A program made the translations under genes and the position numbers. This document shows positions 56,152 to 64,000 of a stretch of 64,000 bases of DNA, one piece after another (position 1 is the first letter of the stretch; every line of letters starts with the position of its first letter). Source of the DNA: Dehalococcoidia bacterium (lineage in GTDB: Bacteria; Chloroflexota; Dehalococcoidia; Lucifugimonadales; CATOSD01); assembly GCA_965204815.1 (NCBI GenBank), contig OZ242014.1:615170-679169 (forward strand), read 5' to 3'. Below the pieces are notes generated by a model. It saw only the letters and a list, made by a program, of their open reading frames with translations, made no database searches and was not told the origin of the DNA.

Positions 56152-57003
56152 TTGAATCAAGTAAAGTGGTTTGTCGCCGTCGGGGTGCTGGCAATCGCGC
56201 TCGCGCTGGCCGTGGCCTGTGGTGACAACGGCGACGATGACGATGAGGGCCATACACCCGCACCGGCGCCCGCCGCCATGCAGCAGACAGCGCCCGCGGC
56301 CGCGGGCGAGGCGCGGACTACGCAAGTGACGCAGCAGGTGTCCGGCCAGCAGACGGGCATCTGGGTGTCGGGCGTGGGCAAGCTGTCGGTGGAGCCTGAC
56401 TTGGTGGACTTCAGGGTCGGCGTGGACGTCCTGGGCGAGACGGTCGCTAAGGCCAACGGCGCCGCGTCCGACGCGATGGCCGCCATCGTCGCCGTGCTCG
56501 AGCAGAACGGCATAGAGGACAAGGATATCCAGACGAGCCGCTTCAACATCCGTCCGGAGTACGACTACCGGGAGACGACCGTGGACGGTGTCCGCACGAG
56601 CTCCCAGGTGCTGACGGGCTACAACGTGAGGAACACTGTGACGGTGAAGGTGAGGGACCTGGAGGGCCTGCCGGAGCTGGTGGACGCCGTGGTCACGGCG
56701 GGCGGCGACAGCATCAGGGTGGACTCGGTGGAGTTCACGGTCGAGGACCCCGACGCGCGGCTTGGCGAACTGCGGGAGCTGGCGGTGGCCGACGCCGCGG
56801 CCAAGGCGGCGCACATGGCCGAGCTGGCGGGCGTGACGCTGGGCGACCTTACCTATCTGAGCGAGGGAGGCGCGCCGTCGGTTCCCTCGCCGTTCGCGGC
56901 GCCCGCGGCCTTTACGATGGAGGCGTCCAGGGCAGCGCCCAGCTTCAGCGCGGGCGAGTTGGAGCTATCGCTGGCGGTGCAGGCGTCGTTCGCCATCGAG
57001 TAG
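56152..57003 (+). CDS. SIMPL/DUF541 family lipoprotein
   Basis: Lipobox ALAVAC, with ..GYNVRNTVTVKVRDLEGLPELVDAVV..GELELSLAVQASFAI.. Confidence 0.8.
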   Translation: MNQVKWFVAVGVLAIALALAVACGDNGDDDDEGHTPAPAPAAMQQTAPAAAGEARTTQVTQQVSGQQTGIWVSGVGKLSVEPDLVDFRVGVDVLGETVAKANGAASDAMAAIVAVLEQNGIEDKDIQTSRFNIRPEYDYRETTVDGVRTSSQVLTGYNVRNTVTVKVRDLEGLPELVDAVVTAGGDSIRVDSVEFTVEDPDARLGELRELAVADAAAKAAHMAELAGVTLGDLTYLSEGGAPSVPSPFAAPAAFTMEASRAAPSFSAGELELSLAVQASFAIE

Positions 57004-57023
57004 GAGGCGCGACGGCGAGCGCC

Positions 57024-57054
57024 TTAGATTCCTCGGCTCTGCTCGGAGCGGAAC
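57024..57054. repeat. Family C dispersed repeat copy
   Basis: ttagattcctcggctctgctcggagcggaac, compared with 48098-48126. Confidence 0.7.
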
Positions 57055-57087
57055 AGGCGCGCGTTCCGCTCAAGACCAGTGAAGGGT

Positions 57088-57116
57088 TCACGCCTGCCAA
57101 GGAGCGGCAGGCGTGA
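57088..57116. terminator. Perfect 11-bp-stem hairpin downstream of the SIMPL gene; no U-tract
   Basis: TCACGCCTGCC-aaggagc-GGCAGGCGTGA. Confidence 0.4.
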
Positions 57117-57369
57117 ACCTAGAGACGGTTTGACGAAGACAACCGCAGGTCAGGATCAACAGTTGGTATGGTTCGAGCCCGTGCTACGCCGAGAAGAGGC
57201 TCTACATACTCAAGAAAATATTGAAAGCTCTCGTTCGTAAGAATCGCCGCGCGGTGCGGCAGATGGTTGCAGACTTTCAAGCACTGGTCCGTGAACTCAG
57301 TGAACTTTGAAATGATGGCTCGCCTCAAGAAGCGCCAGGTTCACATAACCACCCCAAGCCCCCTCTCCC

Positions 57370-58803
57370 CTACTCTGCGTATCTGCTACTCCCCCAGAAT
57401 CCGTCCGGCAGCTCCAGCAGATCTCTCACGCCTGCCCTGTCCAGCATCCTCTCTGTTGCCCTTTGAGCCACCTCCAGCGCCTCCGACTCGCTCACGCTCT
57501 TCACCGCTCGGCCTTCCATCAGCACCTTCCCGTCCACCATCACCGTATCCACGTCGTGCCCGCTGGCAAAGTTGGTGATGCGGAACACTGGCATATTGGA
57601 CGGGTAGAGATGCGGCTTCTCCATGTCGACCAATATCAGGTCTGCCTTCTTGCCCGCCTCCAGCGACCCCAGATCGTTCTCCACACCCAGCGCCCTCGCC
57701 GAATCAATGGTCACCATCTCCAGCACCTTGCCCTGCGGCATGTATGACGGATCGTGAAAGTGCGTCCTCTGGTAGTGCATGCACTGGAACATGTGCCTGA
57801 ACATGTCGAAGCCCCTGTCCGGGGCGTTCCCGTCCGAGCCGAGTATCACCGTCACCCCCGCGTCTATCAGCTCAGGTACCGGGCACCGAGCCATTATCGC
57901 CGCCACCGCGCTGGGGTTGTGCACAATCTTGGTGTCCGTCTCCCGGCAGATCTCTATCTCCTCGTCTGTCAGCCCCGTGGAGTGCGATAGCAAAGCGTCC
58001 GGCCCCAGTACCCCCAGCTGCTCATGCGCGAACTTCACCGAGCCCCTGGAGTGCCCGTCCTGCGCGAACATCACCCCGTGCTTCCTGGTCAACGACCTGA
58101 CAGCGTCTGCCTGTGCCTTTAGCTCCCCCGAATCGACGCGACCGCCTTCCGGTTTGTGCACCGGAAGCATCACCATCAGCCGCATCCGTCCATCCGCCCC
58201 TCCATGCCACCCCTGTATCAGCGATTCGCTGCTGGCAAGGTAATCCTCGAAACCCACCATCCTCTCACTGCGCTTCTCCCCGTCCCATTCCACGTACCTT
58301 CTCGGATACGGGGCGTTGCTCGGCCCCACTGCCAGGAACTCCCGCGTTCCCATGCGCTCCACCGCCTCGCAGTGCCGTTCTCCGTATACCTGACTATCCG
58401 AGCGGACCACCATCGTCCCGCCGCCCAGGAAGGTGACGCCCGAGGTCACTCCGAACTTCAGCCGCTCCAACGATGTGAGCAGCGCGTCCGCGTACCAGTA
58501 CTCCTCGTCGGTGGCTTCGGCGTATATGCGATCCGCCGTCTCCGCCCACACCCCAGGGCGGCCCACCCCCAAGGTCTTCACCAGGCTGTGGCCCGCGTGG
58601 CCGTGGCCGTCAATCAGCCCCGGCATCACCACCTTGCCGCTTGCCTCTATCACCCTGCCTGCCTGGTGCCTGGCCTCCACCTCCCCCCTGGACCCCACCT
58701 CAAGTATGCGGTCGCCCCCTATCGCCACCGCGCCGTTCTGAATGACCCTCCGACCTGGGTCCATGGTTATCACGCATCCACCGGCAACCAGTATGTCAGC
58801 CAC
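57370..58803 (-). CDS. Amidohydrolase-family (chlorohydrolase/deaminase-like) protein
   Basis: ..VMPGLIDGHGHAGHS.. (HxH) and ..ILGSDG.. motifs. 477 aa. Confidence 0.8.
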   Translation of the reverse strand: MADILVAGGCVITMDPGRRVIQNGAVAIGGDRILEVGSRGEVEARHQAGRVIEASGKVVMPGLIDGHGHAGHSLVKTLGVGRPGVWAETADRIYAEATDEEYWYADALLTSLERLKFGVTSGVTFLGGGTMVVRSDSQVYGERHCEAVERMGTREFLAVGPSNAPYPRRYVEWDGEKRSERMVGFEDYLASSESLIQGWHGGADGRMRLMVMLPVHKPEGGRVDSGELKAQADAVRSLTRKHGVMFAQDGHSRGSVKFAHEQLGVLGPDALLSHSTGLTDEEIEICRETDTKIVHNPSAVAAIMARCPVPELIDAGVTVILGSDGNAPDRGFDMFRHMFQCMHYQRTHFHDPSYMPQGKVLEMVTIDSARALGVENDLGSLEAGKKADLILVDMEKPHLYPSNMPVFRITNFASGHDVDTVMVDGKVLMEGRAVKSVSESEALEVAQRATERMLDRAGVRDLLELPDGFWGSSRYAE

Positions 58804-58866
58804 GCTTAGCCCCCAACTATAGGCACGTACAGCACCTGGAGTCTGTTTTTCAGGAATGACACTAAG

Positions 58867-59637
58867 CTACTGGGCCGTTACCCCGCCGTCGATTACCAGC
58901 TCGGAGCCGGTGACGAACGAGGACTCGTCTGAGGCTAGGTAGAGGATTCCGTAGGCTATCTCGTCCGCGTTGCCGATTCTGTTCATCGGTATGCGGGCGA
59001 GCAGTTCCGCCTCCCGTTCTGGTTCGTCGAACCGGCGCCTGGTGAGCGGTGTGCGCATGAAGCCGGGGTGGACCGAGTTCACGCGTATGCCGTCGGGGGC
59101 GTACTGGATGGCGGCGGCCTTGGTGAAGATGCGTATGGCGCCCTTGGCGGCGTGGTAGGCGGTCGAGCCGACGCTTCCCACCAAGCCGTAGATGGACGAG
59201 GTGTTGATGATGGAGCCGCCGCCGACCTTGCGCATTTCGGGGATGGCGTATTTGGTGCCCAGAAAGACGCCCTTGGCGTGGACGTCCATCTGGCCGTCCC
59301 AGACTTCAATCGTGGTGTCCTCGACGGTCGCGGGCCCGCTGGTGCCTGCGTTGTTCACCATCACGTCGAGCCGGCCGTAGGCGTCGAGCGTGGCCTGGAT
59401 GGCGTTCCGCCAGTCCTCGTCACTGGTGACGTCGAGCTTGACGAAGATGGCGTCGCCGCCCAACTCGCGGATTTCGGCGGCGGCCCTCTCGCCCTGCTCC
59501 ACCAGGATGTCGGTGAGGACGACCTTGGCGCCCTCGCGGGCGAACATCCGCGCCGCCGCGCCGCCAAAGCCCATCAGCTCCCCCTCGACTCCGGCGGCGG
59601 CGCCGGTTATCAGAGCGACCTTGCCTTCCAAGCGCAT
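58867..59637 (-). CDS. Short-chain dehydrogenase/reductase (SDR)
   Basis: GKVALITGAAAG.., NNAG, YHAAKGA (YxxxK). Confidence 0.85.
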   Translation of the reverse strand: MRLEGKVALITGAAAGVEGELMGFGGAAARMFAREGAKVVLTDILVEQGERAAAEIRELGGDAIFVKLDVTSDEDWRNAIQATLDAYGRLDVMVNNAGTSGPATVEDTTIEVWDGQMDVHAKGVFLGTKYAIPEMRKVGGGSIINTSSIYGLVGSVGSTAYHAAKGAIRIFTKAAAIQYAPDGIRVNSVHPGFMRTPLTRRRFDEPEREAELLARIPMNRIGNADEIAYGILYLASDESSFVTGSELVIDGGVTAQ

Positions 59638-59677
59638 TTTTCACACTCCTTTGCTGCCGTCCGCCGGCCCTGGCCTC

Positions 59678-59718
59678 TTCACCCTCACCTCAATCCTCTC
59701 CCATCAAGGGAGAAGAGG
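59678..59718. repeat. Dispersed hairpin repeat family B copy
   Basis: ttcaccctcacctcaatCCTCTCCCatcaaGGGAGAAGagg. Confidence 0.75.
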
Positions 59719-59744
59719 TTATAGGTTGGGTTGGATGATAGCCG

Positions 59745-60695
59745 ATGCCCTTTGGCGCGGCAAGCTCTGCTAGAATTGGCGCCATGCCGCTACTACTGGC
59801 AGCCGAACGCCGCGCCCGTCTGGGCCGGCGAGTGCGGCGGATTTCCCTGTGGGCGGCCCTGGCGTTGGGCTGCGCGGCGGTCGCCGTGTTGGCGGCGCGT
59901 GAGGCGAACTTGCTCGACAGACTGCTTGTGTACTTTCCGGTGCGGACGCTGGACGCCACGCCCGCGGATATGGGTCTCGATTACGAGGACGTGTACTTCG
60001 AGACGTCCGACGGCGTGAAGCTGCACGGCTGGTACGTGCCGGGCGCGGACGACCCTTCGGCGGGCTCAGGGCAGGCTCCGTGCGTGGTGTGGTTCCACGG
60101 CAACGCGGGCAACATCGGACACCGTGTGTACAACCTGGCGCTGATGCACTCCCGCGTGGGCGCGAGCGTGTTCCTGTTCGACTACCGCGGTTACGGTCGC
60201 AGCGAGGGCAGCCCGTCTGAGCCGGGGCTGTACCTGGACGCCGAGGCGGCGGTGGAGCAGGCCAAGCTGAGGTGCGGGGTGGGCGACGAGGGCATCGTGC
60301 TGTTCGGACGCTCGCTGGGCGGCGCGGTCGCGGTGGAGATGGCGACGCGGTGGCCGTTTCGGGCGGTGGTGGTGGAGTCGGCGTTCACCTCGGTAAAGGC
60401 GATGGCGCGCTTCTCCAACAGTGTCATCTCCCGCTTCCTGCCGCCGTTCGTGATAGTCAAAGCGAGGTACGACAACCTGGCCAAGATTCCGAGCGCGCAG
60501 TCGCCGGTGCTGATCGTGCACGGCGACGCGGACAGTACGGTGCCCCATCGTATGGGTATGGCGCTGTACGAGGCCGCGCCGGAGCCCAAAACCTTCCACG
60601 TGGTGGAGGGTGCGGGGCACGACGACGTTCACGTGCTGGGCGGGGAAGCGTACTTCGACGCGCTGCGGAGGTTTGTGTGGGAGCCGGGGCGGTGA
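59745..60695 (+). CDS. Membrane-anchored alpha/beta hydrolase (serine aminopeptidase S33-like)
   Basis: ..WFHGNAGNIGHR..FDYRGYGRSEG..LFGRSLGGAVA..VHGDADSTVP..GAGHDD.. The start may instead be the internal ATG at 59784. Confidence 0.8.
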   Translation: MPFGAASSARIGAMPLLLAAERRARLGRRVRRISLWAALALGCAAVAVLAAREANLLDRLLVYFPVRTLDATPADMGLDYEDVYFETSDGVKLHGWYVPGADDPSAGSGQAPCVVWFHGNAGNIGHRVYNLALMHSRVGASVFLFDYRGYGRSEGSPSEPGLYLDAEAAVEQAKLRCGVGDEGIVLFGRSLGGAVAVEMATRWPFRAVVVESAFTSVKAMARFSNSVISRFLPPFVIVKARYDNLAKIPSAQSPVLIVHGDADSTVPHRMGMALYEAAPEPKTFHVVEGAGHDDVHVLGGEAYFDALRRFVWEPGR

Positions 60696-60855
60696 GCCGC
60701 GCGCGCGTTGACGCGCCGGCATAAGGAAGTTGACACATGGACCGGTGAATGAATCTCTGGACGTCGCCCGAAATCGGTGGTGCTTGGCCGCGCACGGACC
60801 GGCTTTACATATGCTAGACTTGCTTAGTTATCCAACTTATGGAGGCTGAAGTTAG

Positions 60856-63800
60856 ATGGCGCTCGACTACAAGAAGATTATCGACGAACGAGATTTACTC
60901 TCGACGGTTGAAAATGCCGTTCGCCTGTTCGTCGATATGTACGCTGACCATGCTCACTTTATTCTTGAATTGCTTCAAAATGCGGAGGACGCGCTTGGGA
61001 AGCGGGGTCCAGAGTGGCAAGGGCCGAGGGCGGTATTGTTCCACCTAACGAAGGACGAGCTTCGCTTCGAGCACTCCGGTCGACCATTCGATGAGGCAGA
61101 CGTTCGCAGCATTTGTGAAATAGGCGAGTCCGACAAGGCCGAAGACTTCACGGCAATCGGGCGCTTCGGTATCGGCTTCAAGTCCGTATACGCCATTACG
61201 GATCGACCCGAGGTCCACTCCGGCCCTGCAGACTTCGTCATAGAGAACTACATCGAGCCTGTCGGGGTTCCAGCTATCGAAAGAGATGCGGACGACACCG
61301 TATTCCTGTTTCCTTTGAAGGCGGATGCAGAGTCTGCCTACGAAGATGTTGCTGCTGGGCTCAGAGGGCTTGGGGTATCGACTCTGCTATTCCTGCGCCA
61401 GATCGAGGAGATCGAGTGGAGCGTCGAAGATGGTCGCAGGGGCCAATACCTGAGGGAAACCGAGACAGTAGCAGATGATATTCGGAAAGTAACTCTCATT
61501 GGCCAGGAGTTTGGTGAACCAGACGTTTCGGAAGAGTGGCTCGTATTCTCGCGGCCTGTTGATAGCGATGGGGGCAAACCTGCCGGCCACGTCGAAATCG
61601 CGTTCGCGCTCGACACAGTAACTCAGAAGATTCGGCCGGTCAGTGATTCGAAATTGGTGGCTTTCTTCCCCACCTCGCTGACGACGCATCTCGGTTTTCT
61701 GATTCAGGGACCTTATCAAACGACTCCAAGTCGAGACAACGTGCCACCGCATCTGCCTTGGAACAAGCGCCTTGTAGAAGAGACTTCGGATTTGCTCGTT
61801 CGCGCGCTGCGTTGGCTTCGTGATAGAGGCGATCTGACCACAGGGGTATTCCACTGTCTTCCGCTACATTGGGGCCAATATTACAGACTAGATAGTGGTG
61901 TGGAGTTCGGACCTTTTACTTTGCTCGGTCCCTTGTTCTATGCCACCAAGCAGGCTCTAGCAACTGAGCCACTGTTGCCACGCCTGAACTCGGGGTACGT
62001 TTCTGCCGACCGCGCGTTGCTGGGCCGTACTGAAGGTATACGTCAACTCTTTTCCTCAGACCAGCTTGCGACGCTTTACGGCGACGACGGAGAAGTGTCC
62101 TGGTTGAGCGGAGACATCACGCAGGCCCGCGGGCAACGGATCCGCGATTACCTTATGGACGAGTTGGACGTCGAGGAAGTAGTCCCGGAGTCCATCACAA
62201 GAAAGCTCAGCCGTGCGTTTTTGGAAGCGCAGTCTGACAAGTGGATACTGGAACTCTATGAATTCCTCAATGGGCAGGGTGCAATCATTCAAATGCTGAC
62301 CGGACAACACCGGTACGACAGATTGACTACACCCGTCGTCAGATTGAAGGATGGGCGGCACGTAAACCCTATGCAGATGCAAGTGTTCTTGCCCGGGGAA
62401 GGTGAGACCGACTTCCCTACGGTTCGCCGCTCCGTATGCTCGTCAACTGAGTCGCTCCGTTTCCTGAGCGACCTTGGGCTTAGAAAGCCTGACTTGGTGG
62501 ACGACGTCATTCGCAATTTACTTCCAAAGTATCAGGATCAAGAGCGCAAGGTGGACGATGCCAAGTACGAGGCGGATATAGGGCGAATACTGCGAGCGTA
62601 CGCTACTGATTCCAACACACAGCGCGAGAAGCTGTTGGGCGAGCTTCGGAAATCTAGGTTCGTCAGGTCGGTAGATGCTGGAACCTCCAAGTCTCGTCTC
62701 TCAAGACCGGATGAAGTGTACTTGCCCACAGAACGGTTGAAGGGGCTGTTCGCAGGTGTTGCCGGGGTCTGGTTCGTGGATAATGGCTATGGTTGCTTGC
62801 GCGGCGCGGAAGCGCAGGCGCTGCTTGAGGCGTGTGGCGCAATGCGTTACTTGAAGCCAGTCCGTTTTGATCCGAAACTCACGTGGGGACAACTCCGTGA
62901 TTTGCGAGGAGGGGACGGTTCAACGCGAGGTCATAAGGTAAGCGACTGGAAATTGAGGGGCCTTGACAATCTGTTGGAACAGCTAGAATCGCTGGACTCA
63001 GATCTGCGACGTGACAAGGCTGAAATGCTTTGGGAAGCCCTCGTTGACTGTGTGGAACATGAAGGCACACGTCACTTTAGAGGGACCTATGAGTATTTCT
63101 ACTATTCCAGGCGATATAGAAATTTTACCGCCACCTTCGTCAAGAAACTCAACGAGACTCCGTGGGTTCCAGATGAAGGCGGCACTCTGCGACGTCCTAA
63201 CGTTGTGGACTTCGGTTCTCTCGGATGGAAAGACCACCCCGACCTTCAGTCTCACATCTCATTCAAGCCGCCCATACCGCCTATTGTCGATGCTCTAGCC
63301 AAACAGGTCGGAATAGACCCGGAAGCAATCGACCTGATGAAAGAGTACGAGGTTACTCCTGACAAACTTCGAGCCATGTTGGGCCTTGCAAGGAATCCGA
63401 CGGAACCTATCCCTGTAGGCGAGGCTACAGGGACGGTGACTAGGCCGCCTTCTTCGTCGCCCGCCAATGGCGGGGCGGAGGAGCCTGCGGACCCATTCGC
63501 CAGACGCTTTCATAATGCCCAGACCACTTCGCCATCGTCCGGCCCTGACAACCCAATCACGCTGCCGCCCGGAGGCCCCATGACTAGGGAATCGGCCAGG
63601 CGATATACGGCCACATCAATTCATGTGGGGCGTACGGAAAGCCATCAAGTGAGGTTGGTGAGAAACACGGAACCTGGGCCGCAGGGCAAGGCACTCGCTG
63701 AAGAGTTCCACGACATGGTCACCGGGGACTACGGCAAACGCTGTCAGATTTGCAGCAGAACCTTCGTCAGAACCGGCGGCGGTTGGCAGGTAAACGTCGT

Positions 63801-64000
63801 CCACGTCGTGCCGCCAGGAGAAGACCACCGAACCAACAACTTCGGCGACCTTCTCGGACTGTGCGGCTGGCATTTCAACCTGCTGCAACACGGCGAGTGG
63901 GCCCTGTTAGATCCTGACACGGGCTCGCCTTTCGAGGACGCGAACGGGGCACCCGGTTGGGAACGGATGAAGTCCGCTATACTGAATCTTGCCCCGGAAG
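60856..64000 (+). CDS. Large sacsin-like GHKL ATPase protein with a C-terminal HNH-like motif, partial (continues beyond the window end)
   Basis: The plus frame 1 is open from ATG 60856 (GGAGG 10 nt upstream) to the window end; it is absent from the ORF track. Hand translation: MALDYKKIIDE..HFILELLQNAEDALGK.. (Bergerat N-box) and ..IGRFGIGFKSVYAITD.. (G-box). Near the end: ..KRCQICSRTFVRTGGGWQVNVVHVVPPGEDHRTNNFGDLLGLCGWHFNLLQHGEW.. (CxxC..H..N..C..H). Lower GC than the core genome. Confidence 0.8.
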   Translation, partial: MALDYKKIIDERDLLSTVENAVRLFVDMYADHAHFILELLQNAEDALGKRGPEWQGPRAVLFHLTKDELRFEHSGRPFDEADVRSICEIGESDKAEDFTAIGRFGIGFKSVYAITDRPEVHSGPADFVIENYIEPVGVPAIERDADDTVFLFPLKADAESAYEDVAAGLRGLGVSTLLFLRQIEEIEWSVEDGRRGQYLRETETVADDIRKVTLIGQEFGEPDVSEEWLVFSRPVDSDGGKPAGHVEIAFALDTVTQKIRPVSDSKLVAFFPTSLTTHLGFLIQGPYQTTPSRDNVPPHLPWNKRLVEETSDLLVRALRWLRDRGDLTTGVFHCLPLHWGQYYRLDSGVEFGPFTLLGPLFYATKQALATEPLLPRLNSGYVSADRALLGRTEGIRQLFSSDQLATLYGDDGEVSWLSGDITQARGQRIRDYLMDELDVEEVVPESITRKLSRAFLEAQSDKWILELYEFLNGQGAIIQMLTGQHRYDRLTTPVVRLKDGRHVNPMQMQVFLPGEGETDFPTVRRSVCSSTESLRFLSDLGLRKPDLVDDVIRNLLPKYQDQERKVDDAKYEADIGRILRAYATDSNTQREKLLGELRKSRFVRSVDAGTSKSRLSRPDEVYLPTERLKGLFAGVAGVWFVDNGYGCLRGAEAQALLEACGAMRYLKPVRFDPKLTWGQLRDLRGGDGSTRGHKVSDWKLRGLDNLLEQLESLDSDLRRDKAEMLWEALVDCVEHEGTRHFRGTYEYFYYSRRYRNFTATFVKKLNETPWVPDEGGTLRRPNVVDFGSLGWKDHPDLQSHISFKPPIPPIVDALAKQVGIDPEAIDLMKEYEVTPDKLRAMLGLARNPTEPIPVGEATGTVTRPPSSSPANGGAEEPADPFARRFHNAQTTSPSSGPDNPITLPPGGPMTRESARRYTATSIHVGRTESHQVRLVRNTEPGPQGKALAEEFHDMVTGDYGKRCQICSRTFVRTGGGWQVNVVHVVPPGEDHRTNNFGDLLGLCGWHFNLLQHGEWALLDPDTGSPFEDANGAPGWERMKSAILNLAPE

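Noticed and set aside
57117-57369. A lower-GC patch with the ORF 57119..57328 (-, 69 aa) and a plus-strand reading ..CYAEKRLYILKKILKALVRKNRRAVRQMVADFQALVRELSEL* that has no start codon.
   Set aside because: Neither frame has a recognisable family or a proper start. It is probably a decayed gene fragment and is not annotated.

Overview
High-GC (roughly 65% by eye), gene-dense bacterial chromosomal window with several lower-GC patches. No rRNA, tRNA, CRISPR array, integrase or transposase was found. The taxon cannot be assigned from sequence alone.

Layout:
(1) 1-11.4 kb is a cell-surface module. It holds a giant secreted repeat protein whose ORF runs off the left edge and is missing from the supplied ORF track. 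It also holds a small HTH protein, a double-Cache lipoprotein, and a 422-aa secreted paralog sharing an unassigned ~130-aa domain. A ~0.5 kb duplicated 5' region carries G10 and G16 homopolymers. A soluble histidine kinase fused to a complete OmpR-type response regulator closes the module.
(2) ~12.25-21.9 kb is a lower-GC defence island. It contains a lone SMODS/CD-NTase-like nucleotidyltransferase. It also contains a C-protein-like HTH with a palindromic operator, followed by a PLD-family nuclease with a B3-like C-terminus. A Gabija pair (OLD-family GajA plus UvrD-like GajB) follows, then two tandem SPPY DNA methyltransferases behind an RHH protein. I read this as a BfiI-like type IIS R-M system with Gabija sitting between its R and M halves.
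(3) 22.1-25.6 kb is a four-gene His/Cys-rich membrane and cupredoxin cluster, putatively for copper handling.
(4) 25.7-60.7 kb is core metabolism and housekeeping. It includes yceD-rpmF-fabD-nusB-acpP, dapB, rpsO-pnp, hsp20 and a dnaJ-like/hspR-like pair. It also includes SdhB/SdhA-like genes and an organosulfur set (SBP56/methanethiol oxidase, CDO-like cupin, 4x rhodanese, sulfite oxidase). Oddities are an orphan Co-type nitrile hydratase alpha subunit, an S1C protease fused to a seven-blade RCC1 propeller, and an antitoxin remnant.
(5) 60.86 kb to the right edge is an open-ended lower-GC ORF of more than 1048 aa. It encodes a sacsin-like GHKL ATPase with an HNH-like motif and is also missing from the ORF track.

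Three families of short dispersed hairpin repeats punctuate the intergenic regions and have leaked into at least one CDS.
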